From an uncultured Planctomycetaceae bacterium (GTDB lineage Bacteria > Planctomycetota > Planctomycetia > Gemmatales > Gemmataceae): 64,000 nucleotides of DNA. The number at the start of each line of letters is the position of its first letter. Within the stretch, counting starts at the first letter, position 1. The notes below the pieces were generated by a model. That model saw only the letters and a program-made list of their open reading frames with translations. It had not been told where the DNA came from and searched no databases. Shown one piece after another: positions 1 to 10,418 of the stretch. Location of the stretch: positions 22,808-86,807 of the forward strand of contig CALARU010000158.1 of assembly GCA_937888715.1 (NCBI GenBank). Direction: 5' to 3'. A program made the position numbers and the translations under genes.

Positions 1-715
1 ATACAAATTTGCAATGAAATTTGGCCACACCATAAAAGAAACACAACCAGCCTTGGCACCCTTGAAAACCGATGCAAGATGGGTGCACGAATTAAGTGGC
101 GTAACCATTCCGGATGTAGGGGTAACCGCCTGCCTCAATGAAAAACCAATGATGCAAGACAGGGGTTCATTCCTCTTCACTCATTTTGGTTTATCCGGGC
201 CCGTCATATTAAATGTGAGCAAGGCACTTAACAGCCTTTCTAACTTTAAGGACAGCTCCCTAAAGCTTGATTTTTTGCCCTCAGTCAAAGAAACTGACCT
301 TGAAGCAAAACTACAATCCTTTGCATCAACAGATGGAAAAAAACTTCTTTCTGTTGCCTTGGGTGAACTGCTGCCTCGCAGGCTTCTCGAGGGGTTATTC
401 AATCAAATCGGTTTTAGTCCAGAAAGAAAATGCGCAGGTATTAACAAGGATGAACGCAAAGCGATCGTCGTTTCCATCAAGTCAAAATCGGTTAATATCA
501 CAGGAACCCTGGGGTACGCCAAGGCGGAAGTAACTACTGGCGGAGTAAGCCTTGACGAAGTGAACTCAAAGACCATGGAAAGCAAGTTGAAGAAGGGATT
601 ATATTTAGCAGGGGAGATTTTAGACCTTGATGGACCCATAGGTGGATTTAATTTCCAGGCTGCTTGGAGTACTGGTTTTTTGGCTGGATCTCAGGCTAAT
701 GAGCAAAACGCCTGA
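1..715 (+). CDS. NAD(P)/FAD-dependent oxidoreductase, HI0933/BaiN-like family; C-terminal part only, 5' end lies outside the window
   Basis: The frame is open from the window edge, with no stop upstream of the ATG at 14. The C-terminal signature GGVSLDEVNSKTMESK...LYLAGEILDLDGPIGGFNFQAAWSTGFLAG is typical of HI0933-like flavoproteins. Confidence 0.8.
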   Translation, partial: YKFAMKFGHTIKETQPALAPLKTDARWVHELSGVTIPDVGVTACLNEKPMMQDRGSFLFTHFGLSGPVILNVSKALNSLSNFKDSSLKLDFLPSVKETDLEAKLQSFASTDGKKLLSVALGELLPRRLLEGLFNQIGFSPERKCAGINKDERKAIVVSIKSKSVNITGTLGYAKAEVTTGGVSLDEVNSKTMESKLKKGLYLAGEILDLDGPIGGFNFQAAWSTGFLAGSQANEQNA

Positions 716-796
716 GTAATTATGCTCTTTTATGGTAAACTAGACTGGTGTTTTAAGTTCCTAAAAGAACTCATTCATTTTTCCGGGGAAAGAACC

Positions 797-1351
797 ATGT
801 ATCTTAAACTTTGCTCCTTTGTATTACTTTGCATGGCATTTATTTCTTTTTCTGCTCTAGGGCAAGATGCCAAGAAAAATAAAACTCCGTTAGATCGAAT
901 TGATATTTCAAAGGTAACTAGAAGCACTATCGTAGGCAAAGTGGCTTCTGAACCAACCGAAAAATCTATCATTATTCAAATTCATAGCCCAAAAGCACCT
1001 AACAATCTGCCTGCAAACAAAGGCAAAAATGCACCAGTAGTAAATGACTGGAAAGAACTTGAAATCCCGATCAAAGAAACAACAAAGTTCCGCTTCAAAG
1101 AACCAGTTGAAGCTTTTGATGACAAAGGAAATATCAAAGTCTACACACAACAAGATCTGAAAAAACTCAAAGGCAGCAATCCTAATCTGCCAGGATATGA
1201 AGCGAAACCTGAAAACATCATTCCCGGGCACTTAGTCATAATATCACTTGCAAAGAAGGAAAATAAAATATTTGCAAGCATGATTATGGTGACGGGCAAA
1301 GACGGATCAACCAAGCCAGATAACAAGCCAACGCCCAAGAAAAAGAATTAA
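797..1351 (+). CDS. hypothetical secreted Lys-rich protein
   Basis: The internal ATG at 797 is followed by a signal-peptide-like MYLKLCSFVLLCMAFISFSALGQ and preceded by a GGGGAAAG-type RBS. I recognise no family. Confidence 0.5.
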   Translation: MYLKLCSFVLLCMAFISFSALGQDAKKNKTPLDRIDISKVTRSTIVGKVASEPTEKSIIIQIHSPKAPNNLPANKGKNAPVVNDWKELEIPIKETTKFRFKEPVEAFDDKGNIKVYTQQDLKKLKGSNPNLPGYEAKPENIIPGHLVIISLAKKENKIFASMIMVTGKDGSTKPDNKPTPKKKN

Positions 1352-1498
1352 CTTTTGCTAATCATGACTTTAGATCGCAGGCTATTTAACCTGCGATCTT
1401 TTTTTTGCGTATTAGGCCCTTGTTTAATAGACACAAAACAATTATCATCGCCCTACCTGCCTATTTTTCCTCACATGGTTTTCAAAGGGGTTTACAAA

Positions 1499-2785
1499 AT
1501 GAGATCGTTTCTTTGTTCGAGCATACTACTCTTTACTGTTCAAGTTAGCTTGGGGCAAAACCCAGAAGCCTCAACGGATTGGAAGCAATTCCGAGGTAAC
1601 AATCGCGATGCCAGTTCAATGGATAAGAATCTTTTAAAAGATTGGCCCAAAACCGGCCCAAAACTGCTTTGGAAAACGGAAAAATTAGGCGGTGGGTTTT
1701 CTAGCATCAGCGCTGTTGCTGATAAAATTTTCACTATGGGTGACATCGAGTCCGAGAAATCTTCCTTTGTCTTGGGCCTTGATCGCGCTTCAGGCAAAAT
1801 ACTTTGGCAATCCATGGTTGGCAAAACTGGCGGTAATTATTCGGGCACCCGTTGCACCCCATGCTTTTCAGATGGCAAGGTTTATGCACTTGGTCAATTT
1901 GGCGACCTCGTCTGTCTTAATGCAACCGATGGCAAAGAAGTTTGGAGAAAAAACTTCAACAAAGATTTCGGCGGGAAATCAGGCGGGTGGAACTATACAG
2001 AATCACCACTCATCGATGGCAACAACCTTATTTGCACCCCTGGTGGCAAGGATAACACTGTTGTCGCATTAAATAAAGCTACAGGCGCAACGGTCTGGGC
2101 TTGCCCACTAGATCAGACTGCTGGCTATTCCTCCATCGTTATTTCCACAATTGGCAATGACAAATTCTATGTGCAACTTCTTTCCAACGAACTTGTAGGG
2201 ATTGAAGCAAAAACCGGTAAGGTTGCCTGGAAATACGGCAATGATCCTGCAAAATTTAAATCCAACACTGCTAACATTCCAACCCCCATTCCTTTTAACG
2301 ATAAAGTCTACGCTGCTGCTGGTTACGGCCGTGGCGCAGGATTGGTTCAACTTACCAAATCGGCTAAGGGTATTGAGGCAAGTGAAGTTTATTTCAGCAA
2401 GGACTTAACCAACAAGCACGGGGGCGTTATCAAAATCGGAGATTTTATTTTCAGCGATCGTGATGATTCAGGTAACCCACAATGCGCTGAAGTCGCTACT
2501 GGTAAAGTTCTTTGGAAAAGGCCTAAGCCTGAAAACCGCGAAGCAGGCAAAGGCTCTGCTTCCATGGTTTTTGCAGACGGGCATCTTTACATTCGTTACG
2601 ACAATGGCGTAGTCGCCCTCGTTGAGGCTTCCCCCAAGGGTTATGTAGAAAAGGGTTCGTTCAAAATCCCCAACTCAGACAAAAACAGTTGGAATCATCC
2701 CGTTGTTATTGGGGGAAAACTTTACCTTAAGGAAAAAGATATCCTTTGGTGCTACGATGTTTCTGCAAAAGGGGCTGTCAACTGA
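1499..2785 (+). CDS. PQQ-like beta-propeller repeat protein (BamB/PQQ-enzyme-repeat family), secreted
   Basis: The ATG at 1499 gives the signal peptide MRSFLCSSILLFTVQVSLGQ. It is followed by the DWKQFRGNNRDASS motif and repeated propeller blades (KVYALGQFGDLVCLNATDGKEVW, GHLYIRYDNGVVALVE, KLYLKEKDILWCYD). Confidence 0.75.
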   Translation: MRSFLCSSILLFTVQVSLGQNPEASTDWKQFRGNNRDASSMDKNLLKDWPKTGPKLLWKTEKLGGGFSSISAVADKIFTMGDIESEKSSFVLGLDRASGKILWQSMVGKTGGNYSGTRCTPCFSDGKVYALGQFGDLVCLNATDGKEVWRKNFNKDFGGKSGGWNYTESPLIDGNNLICTPGGKDNTVVALNKATGATVWACPLDQTAGYSSIVISTIGNDKFYVQLLSNELVGIEAKTGKVAWKYGNDPAKFKSNTANIPTPIPFNDKVYAAAGYGRGAGLVQLTKSAKGIEASEVYFSKDLTNKHGGVIKIGDFIFSDRDDSGNPQCAEVATGKVLWKRPKPENREAGKGSASMVFADGHLYIRYDNGVVALVEASPKGYVEKGSFKIPNSDKNSWNHPVVIGGKLYLKEKDILWCYDVSAKGAVN

Positions 2786-2827
2786 TCTAGGCTTTTAGTA
2801 TTTATCAAAACTGCTCTCAACCTATAT

Positions 2828-2858
2828 ACTGCAGACTCAGCGTCTGCAGTATTTGTTT
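2828..2858 (+). terminator. rho-independent terminator after the PQQ-propeller gene
   Basis: 9-bp perfect stem ACTGCAGAC / GTCTGCAGT, 5-nt loop TCAGC, then ATTTGTTT. Confidence 0.65.
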
Positions 2859-2872
2859 AAAAGGAGATTTCA

Positions 2873-5608
2873 ATGACAAGGATTTTTTTTATGGTTGTGC
2901 TTTCAATGCTTACTTCTCAAATAGGTTTGCTTTCAGCTTTTGCTCAAGAAACCAAATCAACCATCAAAGAAGTAACTTCCATTGAAAATATCACCGAATA
3001 CAAAATGGCTAATGGGCTGAAGATTCTTCTTTACCCTGATCCTTCCACTTCTAAAGTCACTGTTAATGCAACCGTTTTTGTAGGTTCTAGGCATGAAGGT
3101 TATGGCGAAGGTGGTATGGCTCACCTTCTTGAACATATGGTTTTCAAAGGTACGAAACTTCACCCCGATATTCCGAAGGCATTGAAGGATCGTGGCGCAA
3201 TTATGAATGGTACCACTTGGGTGGATCGTACCAACTACTTCGAAACGCTCTCCAGTGAAGGCGATAATCTTGAATTTGCAATCCGACTCGAAGCAGACCG
3301 TTTGTTCAACAGCTTTATCCGCAGGGAAGACTTACTTTCGGAAATGACCGTTGTACGAAATGAGTTCGAGCGTGGCGAAAATGATCCCGTTGGAATTCTT
3401 AGTCAACGCATGCTTTCCGCTGCTTATGATTGGCACAATTACGGTAAATCCACCATTGGCAACAGAGCAGATATCGAAAGAGTTCCAATTGATAAGCTTC
3501 AAGGTTTTTACAAAAAGTATTACCGCATCGACAATATTATGCTGGTGATTGCTGGCAATTTTAAAAAAGAACAGGCTCTAGGGTTGATTGAAAAATACTT
3601 TGGTGCGATCCAAAAGCCCGATACCCCACTTGAATTAACTTATACTGAAGAACCGCCACAAGATGGACAGAGGCAAGTAGTGTTAAGGCGCGTAGGCAAA
3701 GTTGGTGCTGTTGGCGTTGTTTATCACACCCCTTCAAGCTCCCACCCGGATTTCGCCGCCCTCGAAATCCTCGAAGAAGTTCTTACCAGCCAACCCTCAG
3801 GCATCCTCTACAAAACCATGGTCTTGGGAAAAGTTGCTACCAGCGTTTCTGGTTATGCTTTTGGTTGGCACGACCCAGGTGTATTTGAAATCATGGCAAG
3901 TGTTGATGGCACCGCAGATATCGACAAAACACGATCCTTATTACTTGAAACGATCGACAAATTCTGCGCCTCGCCCGTTGATAAAATAGAAGTCGAAAGA
4001 GCTAAAACTAAATTCGCCCGATCCCGCAGCTTATTGATGTCTGATAGCAATCGAATTGGCATTTCTCTAAGTGATTGGGCCGCAAAGGGCGATTGGCGTT
4101 TGTTCTTCCTCTTCAGAGATCTTATCACCAAGGTTACTCCTGAAGATGTTCAACGCGTTGCTCAAACTTACCTCACTGCAAACAATAGCACGGTTGGAAC
4201 TTATTATCCCACCGATAAAGCAGAGCGTATTAAAATCCCTACTTCTCCCGACCTAAATGCTCTGCTTAAAGATTACAAAGGTGGGCAAGTCATGGCACAG
4301 GGGGAATTTTTCGACCCCTCCGTTGAAAATATCATCCAAACCACCACCCTAGGCACTTTATCACCCACTGTGAAATACGCTTATCTCCCGAAAAAGACCC
4401 GTAACCAAGTGGTTAGTCTTTTAATCAACATTCATTTTGGCAATGATAAAGATCTGGCGGGTAAGAATACCGCCGCTGCCATCATGCCCCTACTTTTAAC
4501 CCGTGGAACTCAAAAGAAAACTAGGCAAGAAATTGATGACACGATGGCCAAGCTTCAGGCACAATGGCGCATTAGTGGTTCCGCAGGCGAATTACAAATC
4601 TCTATTCTTTGCAGAAAAGATGCTGTTAATGGCGTGCTTGAACTTCTACATGAAGTATTGCACGAACCAAATTTCTCTTCAGAAGAATTGGAAATCATCA
4701 AGAGGCAATCCAAAGATCTTCTTGAAAAGAACAAAACCGAACCAGGGGCACTGGCAAACCGCCTCCTACAACGAAAACTCTCCCCACACCTTCCTACAGA
4801 TGTCCGATACACTCCAACTTTCGAAGAATCTGCGGAACGACTTAATAAACTCAACATCAAAGACATCAAAGATCTTTACAAAAACATCTTTGGTGTAGGT
4901 GAGGCTGAAGTTGTTGTTGTTGGTGACTTCGAACCCCAGAGTGTTTCAGAACACGCAAAGAAAATCTTAGATCTAAAATCCAAAGTGGCTTTCAAGAAAA
5001 TTGAAACAATCGCTAAGACTGCTGAAAAAGGTGAAAAACTTGTCATCGATACCCCAGATAAGGAAAACGCAATGTTCATGTCGGGCATTGTTTTTCCTCT
5101 CAAGGATTCAGACCCCGACTTTGTCGGCCTGGCAATGGCAGATTTCATCATCGGCAGCGGCAGCTTAAGCTCCAGACTTGGAAACCGTGTGCGCCAGAAG
5201 GAAGGCCTAGCTTATGGCGTCCGCTCTGGCCTTGATGCAGATGCAGAAGACTTATCAGCACGATTCATGGTGATGGCAAGTTGCAACCCTTCAAAAATAA
5301 AGAATGTCGATGTTGCAGTTTTTGATGAAATCAAAAAATTCGTAGATGCGGGAATCGATACCACTGAATTTGCAGAAGGCCAAAAAGCTTTTCTTGCACA
5401 GATGAAAATCGAAAGAACCACGGATTCAAGATTAGCATCAATCCTTGCAGAAAACCTAGCAGCCAACCGATCCATGGAATTCTACAAGGCTCTTGAACTA
5501 AAAATCAAGAATCTAACCTCGAAGGAAGTGGTAGATGCTTTCAAAAAGCATGTTACTGCTGATAAAATGATTACCATCTGGGCAGGCGATTTTAACAAAA
5601 AGAACTGA
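2873..5608 (+). CDS. M16 (pitrilysin/insulinase) family zinc peptidase, long PqqL-like form with both halves fused, secreted
   Basis: AAGGAG RBS 7 nt upstream. N-terminal signal peptide. Inverted zinc motif HxxEH in GGMAHLLEHMVFKGT, downstream NEFERGEND glutamate region, and a second M16-like half in the C-terminal 450 aa. Confidence 0.9.
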   Translation: MTRIFFMVVLSMLTSQIGLLSAFAQETKSTIKEVTSIENITEYKMANGLKILLYPDPSTSKVTVNATVFVGSRHEGYGEGGMAHLLEHMVFKGTKLHPDIPKALKDRGAIMNGTTWVDRTNYFETLSSEGDNLEFAIRLEADRLFNSFIRREDLLSEMTVVRNEFERGENDPVGILSQRMLSAAYDWHNYGKSTIGNRADIERVPIDKLQGFYKKYYRIDNIMLVIAGNFKKEQALGLIEKYFGAIQKPDTPLELTYTEEPPQDGQRQVVLRRVGKVGAVGVVYHTPSSSHPDFAALEILEEVLTSQPSGILYKTMVLGKVATSVSGYAFGWHDPGVFEIMASVDGTADIDKTRSLLLETIDKFCASPVDKIEVERAKTKFARSRSLLMSDSNRIGISLSDWAAKGDWRLFFLFRDLITKVTPEDVQRVAQTYLTANNSTVGTYYPTDKAERIKIPTSPDLNALLKDYKGGQVMAQGEFFDPSVENIIQTTTLGTLSPTVKYAYLPKKTRNQVVSLLINIHFGNDKDLAGKNTAAAIMPLLLTRGTQKKTRQEIDDTMAKLQAQWRISGSAGELQISILCRKDAVNGVLELLHEVLHEPNFSSEELEIIKRQSKDLLEKNKTEPGALANRLLQRKLSPHLPTDVRYTPTFEESAERLNKLNIKDIKDLYKNIFGVGEAEVVVVGDFEPQSVSEHAKKILDLKSKVAFKKIETIAKTAEKGEKLVIDTPDKENAMFMSGIVFPLKDSDPDFVGLAMADFIIGSGSLSSRLGNRVRQKEGLAYGVRSGLDADAEDLSARFMVMASCNPSKIKNVDVAVFDEIKKFVDAGIDTTEFAEGQKAFLAQMKIERTTDSRLASILAENLAANRSMEFYKALELKIKNLTSKEVVDAFKKHVTADKMITIWAGDFNKKN

Positions 5609-5632
5609 TCATTACTGCCTGCTATCAAACAA

Positions 5633-5662
5633 AAAAAGGAGTGGCATTAGCCACTCCTTTTT
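5633..5662. terminator. bidirectional rho-independent terminator between convergent genes
   Basis: AAAAAGGAGTGGC-ATTA-GCCACTCCTTTTT: perfect stem with an A-run on one side and a T-run on the other. It sits between the M16 peptidase (+) and the 5680..6402 gene (-). Confidence 0.8.
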
Positions 5663-5679
5663 TATTTAAATCGAATTCT

Positions 5680-6402
5680 TTAAGGGAACACTGCAATCAG
5701 CAAAGCAATGGTAAGCAGTTCAGACACGGAACCTGTCACACTTACATTAGGCGGATACCACATGTAAGGAACGGGATCGCCTGGAAGGCAATAGCCAGAA
5801 CTACTGTCATACCTGCGGAAAGGATCGGTTGCCATGTGATAAGGCAAAGTCACAAAATCGAAGAAGAAAGTAAGGGTGGAGACAAACGGTTGGACCGCAC
5901 CCAAATCCCAGCCATATCTTTCGCTGTTGATTTCCTGAAAGAAAAGCCTGTCATAAGTAAGATAATAGGGTTCAACTTTTCGGTCGTGCTTGGCCCAATT
6001 ATTATTCCGCCATTGATAATCATACTTCTTCTTACTAAGTACAACATCGGAAGGAAAAACCAAGCGTTCGAGTTGATCGACTGATTTCTTTTCCTGCCCC
6101 ATTCGTTCGCGCAGGGAATCTTCAGATTCCAACCTGAACAGCCTCTCTGATCCAGGTGGATCAAGCTGAATCTGGTAGGCAGATAGCAAATCTTGGCCTG
6201 ACTTAGGGTCGTTAATCAAGGGCATTGTTTGGCCAGCAACATCCGTTGCACGGCTTGGGCCCTTAGATTTCAATCCCGTCGCAATTACCTGACCTTGGGT
6301 TAGGGTAGTGCCGATTTTAACTTCAGCTTCCCCAGCATTTGCAAAAGCTGCAGCAAGTGAAAAACTTGCTGCCAAGAATCTAGTTACTATCGCTGTGCGC
6401 AT
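5680..6402 (-). CDS. hypothetical exported protein with a C-terminal hydrophobic segment
   Basis: ATG start with signal-like [23 protein letters not shown] and a C-terminal hydrophobic tail ([14 protein letters not shown]). The start lies 23 nt inside the guaB 3' end. I recognise no family. Confidence 0.55.
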   Translation of the reverse strand: MRTAIVTRFLAASFSLAAAFANAGEAEVKIGTTLTQGQVIATGLKSKGPSRATDVAGQTMPLINDPKSGQDLLSAYQIQLDPPGSERLFRLESEDSLRERMGQEKKSVDQLERLVFPSDVVLSKKKYDYQWRNNNWAKHDRKVEPYYLTYDRLFFQEINSERYGWDLGAVQPFVSTLTFFFDFVTLPYHMATDPFRRYDSSSGYCLPGDPVPYMWYPPNVSVTGSVSELLTIALLIAVFP

Positions 6403-7861
6403 GGTCTGTCCTCGAAGAATAATTCGGGGCCTCGTGCGTTATGGAGATATCGTGAGGGTGACTTTCCACCACGGAAGCTCCACTAACTTGAATAAATTTA
6501 GTTTTTGTTCTTAGCTCTTCAATATCTTTGGTACCACAATACCCCATCCCTGCCCTTAGCCCACCAACGAGCTGATAAATAAAAGGGGCAAGCGGGCCTT
6601 TATATGGAACCCGACCCTCCACACCTTCCGGAACAAGCTTATCAATGCTGGATTCACCACTTTGTTGGTAGCGATCTTTAGATCCTGCCATCATGGCACC
6701 TTGGGATCCCATTCCACGATAAGTCTTAAAACTTCGACCTTTGTAAAGAATGATCTGACCAGGCGATTCTGCCAAGCCAGCCAGAAGACTCCCAAGCATT
6801 ACGCAGTTTGCACCAGCAGCAATAGCTTTGGTAATATCTCCTGAGTATCGGATGCCACCATCACCAATGACGGGAACACCGAGTTCTTTAAGACCGATAG
6901 CGACTTGGTTAATGGCAGTGATTTGTGGAACACCCACGCCAGAAATCATTCTGGTGGTGCAAATGGAACCTGGACCGATTCCAACCTTCACAGCGTCAGC
7001 GCCCGCATCAACCAAGGCTTTAGCTCCTTCAAGTGTAGCAACATTTCCTGCAATCAAATCGATCGAAAACATAGACTTAATTTTCCTGACCGTTTCAATC
7101 ACATTCTTGCTATGGCCATGGGCAGAATCAACAACCAAGACATCAACACCAGCTTTAATAAGGGACTCGACTCTATCGAAATCAAAAACCCCGACTGCAG
7201 CTCCGACCCGCAGCCTACCTCGCCTATCTTTACAGGCACTTGGAAAGCTGCTCAATTTGTCAATATCTTTAATCGTAATCATACCCTTCAGTATAAACTT
7301 ATCGTCAACCAGCAAAAGTTTCTCGACCTTATTTTCCGTTAAAATCGTTTCAGCTTCCTCAAGAGTTGTATTTTCTGGAGCAGTTACTAGATTTTCCTTG
7401 GTCATAACCTCGGAAATTTGCTGATTAGTATTAGTTAGGAATCTTAAATCCCTTCTGGTTAAAATTCCTTTAAGGTGACCATTGATGGTAATTGGCACAC
7501 CACTTATCTTGTTTTGTTCCATTATTCTGCGCGCATTGACTACCTTCTCTTCGGGAGGCAAGGTAATCGGGTCGGTAATAATACCGTTTTCGCTCCGTTT
7601 AACTTTGTCTACTTCACGGGTTTGATCAATAATAGACAAATTTTTATGTATTATGCCCATCCCCCCTTCTTGCGCCAAAGCTATCGCAAGGTCACTTTCC
7701 GTAACGGTATCCATCGGGGAAGATAATATCGGAATATTTAGTTTGATGTTTTTAGTTAGGAAGGTGCGTAAATCAACTTCTCTGGGAACCACATCACTGT
7801 ACGCAGGTTCCAAAAAGACATCGTCAAAAGTAATACCCTTATAGCCAATTCGATCCAACAT
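6380..7861 (-). CDS. guaB: IMP dehydrogenase
   Basis: Full-length match to the IMPDH pattern: [13 protein letters not shown], a CBS pair in the middle, catalytic loop [11 protein letters not shown], and C-terminal [16 protein letters not shown]. Confidence 0.97.
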   Translation of the reverse strand: MLDRIGYKGITFDDVFLEPAYSDVVPREVDLRTFLTKNIKLNIPILSSPMDTVTESDLAIALAQEGGMGIIHKNLSIIDQTREVDKVKRSENGIITDPITLPPEEKVVNARRIMEQNKISGVPITINGHLKGILTRRDLRFLTNTNQQISEVMTKENLVTAPENTTLEEAETILTENKVEKLLLVDDKFILKGMITIKDIDKLSSFPSACKDRRGRLRVGAAVGVFDFDRVESLIKAGVDVLVVDSAHGHSKNVIETVRKIKSMFSIDLIAGNVATLEGAKALVDAGADAVKVGIGPGSICTTRMISGVGVPQITAINQVAIGLKELGVPVIGDGGIRYSGDITKAIAAGANCVMLGSLLAGLAESPGQIILYKGRSFKTYRGMGSQGAMMAGSKDRYQQSGESSIDKLVPEGVEGRVPYKGPLAPFIYQLVGGLRAGMGYCGTKDIEELRTKTKFIQVSGASVVESHPHDISITHEAPNYSSRTDHAHSDSN

Positions 7862-8092
7862 GATGAAACTCCTCAGAAAAGCTTGTTTTGCAAATTATAG
7901 TAGGATGCAGGCTTGTTGGAACCTTTACCATCATCACTTGCCCATTAAACATAAAGTTTCCGACAAGTAAAACAGGCTAAGATTCACTTCAACAAATCAA
8001 TCAACCACCCGCTAACATAATGGTTTTTAATAGCAACCTGCTAGTGGTTCCTTTTATTTAATCGTCATGCCATATCATCATGGAAAGTGAAC

Positions 8093-9532
8093 TTAATTTC
8101 CACAAGCAAGTTTAGCTTTTGCCTCAGCAAGGATATCAAGAATCTGATCGACTCTTTTTTTCTCTTTCGGGCCAAGGGTTCGAAGCCAAGTTTCGGTATT
8201 AATAAACAAAACCTCGAGTTTTTTGATTGCGAAGGCTTTTTCTTGACTGACGGTACTGTTCCGATTGCACGAAAACAACGGATTTGTATGGGATTTAAGA
8301 TCAGGCTTATCATTGTGGGAACTGATCACTCTGCCGCAAACCCATTCAAATTCACTTGGATCTAACTCCCTGATAATTGTTACACTCGCCAAGCTTTTAT
8401 CCCGTTCAATCGTTGTGGCTTTACCATCGATCACCAATTCAATTTCATCTTCAGTGGAAAGATCGTGAGCAATCAATTGGATCTTATTTAAAGGGGTGAG
8501 GTTTATGATGGTCAGTTCTAAAAATGGCCCAACACTAAAGAAGGAATCTCCTTTACGAACTGCTTCCAACCAAGATAAATGAGCAGGTGAATCAGACAAA
8601 GAAGGCATTTTGGCCCAAGTTTTGGGATTTCCGAGAAAAACCGCATTACTCTTTTTGCCACTGGCCCCAACAGATTTGGCTTTGACCCCAGCATTTAAAA
8701 GCATGTACCAAAAAAGCACAGGCGAGTTGTCAACCAGACTAAGATTAGAAATTTCAAAAAGATCAATCTCATTCAATATCAAGGCAGCAAGTGCTTCGCC
8801 CTGATATTCATTAGTGGCATCAAAAACCCAAGTAATGAGGCCATTTTTGCGATGCCCTTGCCTGCACCAATCAACAACAGACCAAACTTCAGGTGATTCA
8901 GCAGAAGAAGAAACCAGAGGAAAAACAGGCCGGTGAGAATGAATGATGCCCACGGTTCCCAAAAAGGGATGATGATTAAGGGTGTTTATAAAAAGACTGC
9001 ACCCAAATTTTTCAAAAGCAATTTCCTGACCTGAAAAATCTAGAATCCTAGAGGCATCAACAATATCAGTTCCAGGAAGAATATTTTCACAAGCAAGCAA
9101 ATGCACCAAATCCAAGCCTTCAGATGAGCCTTCCAAAACCGCTGCGGGCCCAGAAAGATCATGACAACGAGCATCACCACTAATCCAATTATCCCATGGA
9201 GAATCCGTTTTTCTCTCAATGTTAATTCGTAAGGCAGCCTGCCCCTGCTTAATCTCAAGGTTTTTAAAAAACTTATGAAACCGCTCGCCCTTGGTTATCT
9301 CGAAGTTGTAAACACCAGGGGGAAGATTAATTTCGCAAGCCCCATCAATGTAGTAATATTTTTTGTTTTCAAATGCAACCTGCCCACCTACCGCCATATG
9401 AGGGCCGGTTAAAAAGAATTGCTGCCTTCCAAGGGGATGAAAAGAATTCCCCAGAAGGTCAGCAACTCTAATACGAACAGGAACAGGCTTTTGGGTCTCT
9501 GAATCGCTAACACGGAGGTGAATCAGGGTCAT
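8093..9532 (-). CDS. hypothetical protein with an N-terminal beta-sandwich and a diverged PHP/CehA-McbA-like region
   Basis: 479-aa ORF with an ATG start. The N-terminal segment (IHLRVSDSETQKPVPVRIRVADLLGN...PPGVYNFEITKGERF) resembles carboxypeptidase-regulatory-like domains. WISGDARCHDLSG sits where PHP/CehA proteins carry GDxHxHT. Family assignment is weak. Confidence 0.5.
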   Translation of the reverse strand: MTLIHLRVSDSETQKPVPVRIRVADLLGNSFHPLGRQQFFLTGPHMAVGGQVAFENKKYYYIDGACEINLPPGVYNFEITKGERFHKFFKNLEIKQGQAALRINIERKTDSPWDNWISGDARCHDLSGPAAVLEGSSEGLDLVHLLACENILPGTDIVDASRILDFSGQEIAFEKFGCSLFINTLNHHPFLGTVGIIHSHRPVFPLVSSSAESPEVWSVVDWCRQGHRKNGLITWVFDATNEYQGEALAALILNEIDLFEISNLSLVDNSPVLFWYMLLNAGVKAKSVGASGKKSNAVFLGNPKTWAKMPSLSDSPAHLSWLEAVRKGDSFFSVGPFLELTIINLTPLNKIQLIAHDLSTEDEIELVIDGKATTIERDKSLASVTIIRELDPSEFEWVCGRVISSHNDKPDLKSHTNPLFSCNRNSTVSQEKAFAIKKLEVLFINTETWLRTLGPKEKKRVDQILDILAEAKAKLACGN

Positions 9533-9562
9533 GTCAAAAACCTCGATTCTTCAGGAAAGAAA

Positions 9563-10393
9563 TCAAGCGTATGTGGCCCCAGCTTTGGTAACAATTGCCT
9601 TGAAAGCTTCAATGGCCTTGGGGAACAATTCAGGGCCGGTATTTCCACCAGTCGGCCCGCCACCAAGAAGGTGGGGCTCCAAGGTTGCAAACCCCGTGTA
9701 GCCACGCGCTTGAACATCCTCAATAATCTTGGGTATCATGCCGCCACCCGTACCTGCCAAACATCCATGTTTTTCATTTGCAACCCAATCCTTGACATGA
9801 AAGTGGGTGGTGTAATCACGGGCTTTAAGCCAACCTTCCCAAGGGTCATAACCACAAAAGACATAATTGGCTGGGTCAAAAGCAGCATGAAAATGGTCGC
9901 AGGAAAACCTTGAAAGCAGTTCGTGAACCCTGTCAGGCGAATCGCCATAGATTCCATGTTCATTTTCGTGAAGCAAAACCACACCAGCACTCTTGGCAAG
10001 TTCAACTTTCTTTTCCATTCTGCGAAAGACTTCGTCCTTCCATTTAGGCCATTGATCCCCATCGGGAAGGTAATAGCTAAAAATGCGAATGTTCTTAATG
10101 CCAAAAACGCCACAAAGATGAATCGCCCGCTGAAAGCGAATTAAATGAGGCTCGAAGGGTTGATCGGCTTTGATTTTCCCGATAGGAGAACCAATTGCAC
10201 TGAGGCCAAAGCCATGCTGGTCAAGCAACTTTTTAAAGTCAGAGATTTGCGTATCAGTGAGATCCAAAACATTGGTTTGGTAAATCGAACGAAATTCGAT
10301 GAACTTAACCTTGCTGGCTTCAAGAACTTTAATTTGTTCAAGAGGATCTGGAGATATTTCATCCGCAAAAGCGCTCAGGATAAAGTGTGCCAT
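9563..10393 (-). CDS. sugar phosphate isomerase/epimerase (xylose isomerase-like TIM barrel)
   Basis: Typical family pattern: SAFADEIS...IEFRS, ...IRIFS..., LLHENEHGIYGDSP, LEPH. Confidence 0.8.
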   Translation of the reverse strand: MAHFILSAFADEISPDPLEQIKVLEASKVKFIEFRSIYQTNVLDLTDTQISDFKKLLDQHGFGLSAIGSPIGKIKADQPFEPHLIRFQRAIHLCGVFGIKNIRIFSYYLPDGDQWPKWKDEVFRRMEKKVELAKSAGVVLLHENEHGIYGDSPDRVHELLSRFSCDHFHAAFDPANYVFCGYDPWEGWLKARDYTTHFHVKDWVANEKHGCLAGTGGGMIPKIIEDVQARGYTGFATLEPHLLGGGPTGGNTGPELFPKAIEAFKAIVTKAGATYA

Positions 10394-10418
10394 CTATAAA
10401 CCTCAAATCTTTTCAAGC

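Noticed and set aside
722-1498. N-terminal extensions in the ORF track for the 722..1351 and 1355..2785 ORFs. The same issue applies at 14976..15581, 21384, 24873, 32556, 36646..37638, 45161, 57318..58583 and 59385..61448.
   Set aside because: In each case an internal ATG with a Shine-Dalgarno-like motif begins either a clean signal peptide or the conserved family N-terminus. The upstream residues look non-coding.
6828-7424. Plus-strand ORFs of 198 aa and 145 aa inside guaB. There are similar antisense or off-frame ORFs inside nrdJ, the DsbD-like gene (18521..19000), the propeller-CCP gene (38405..38920), purH (52474..53028) and the transporter (62288..62803).
   Set aside because: All lie entirely within genes that have strong homology-type motif support on the other strand or frame. 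Their compositions are biased (Ser/Pro/Thr/Arg-rich), and none has a recognisable motif.
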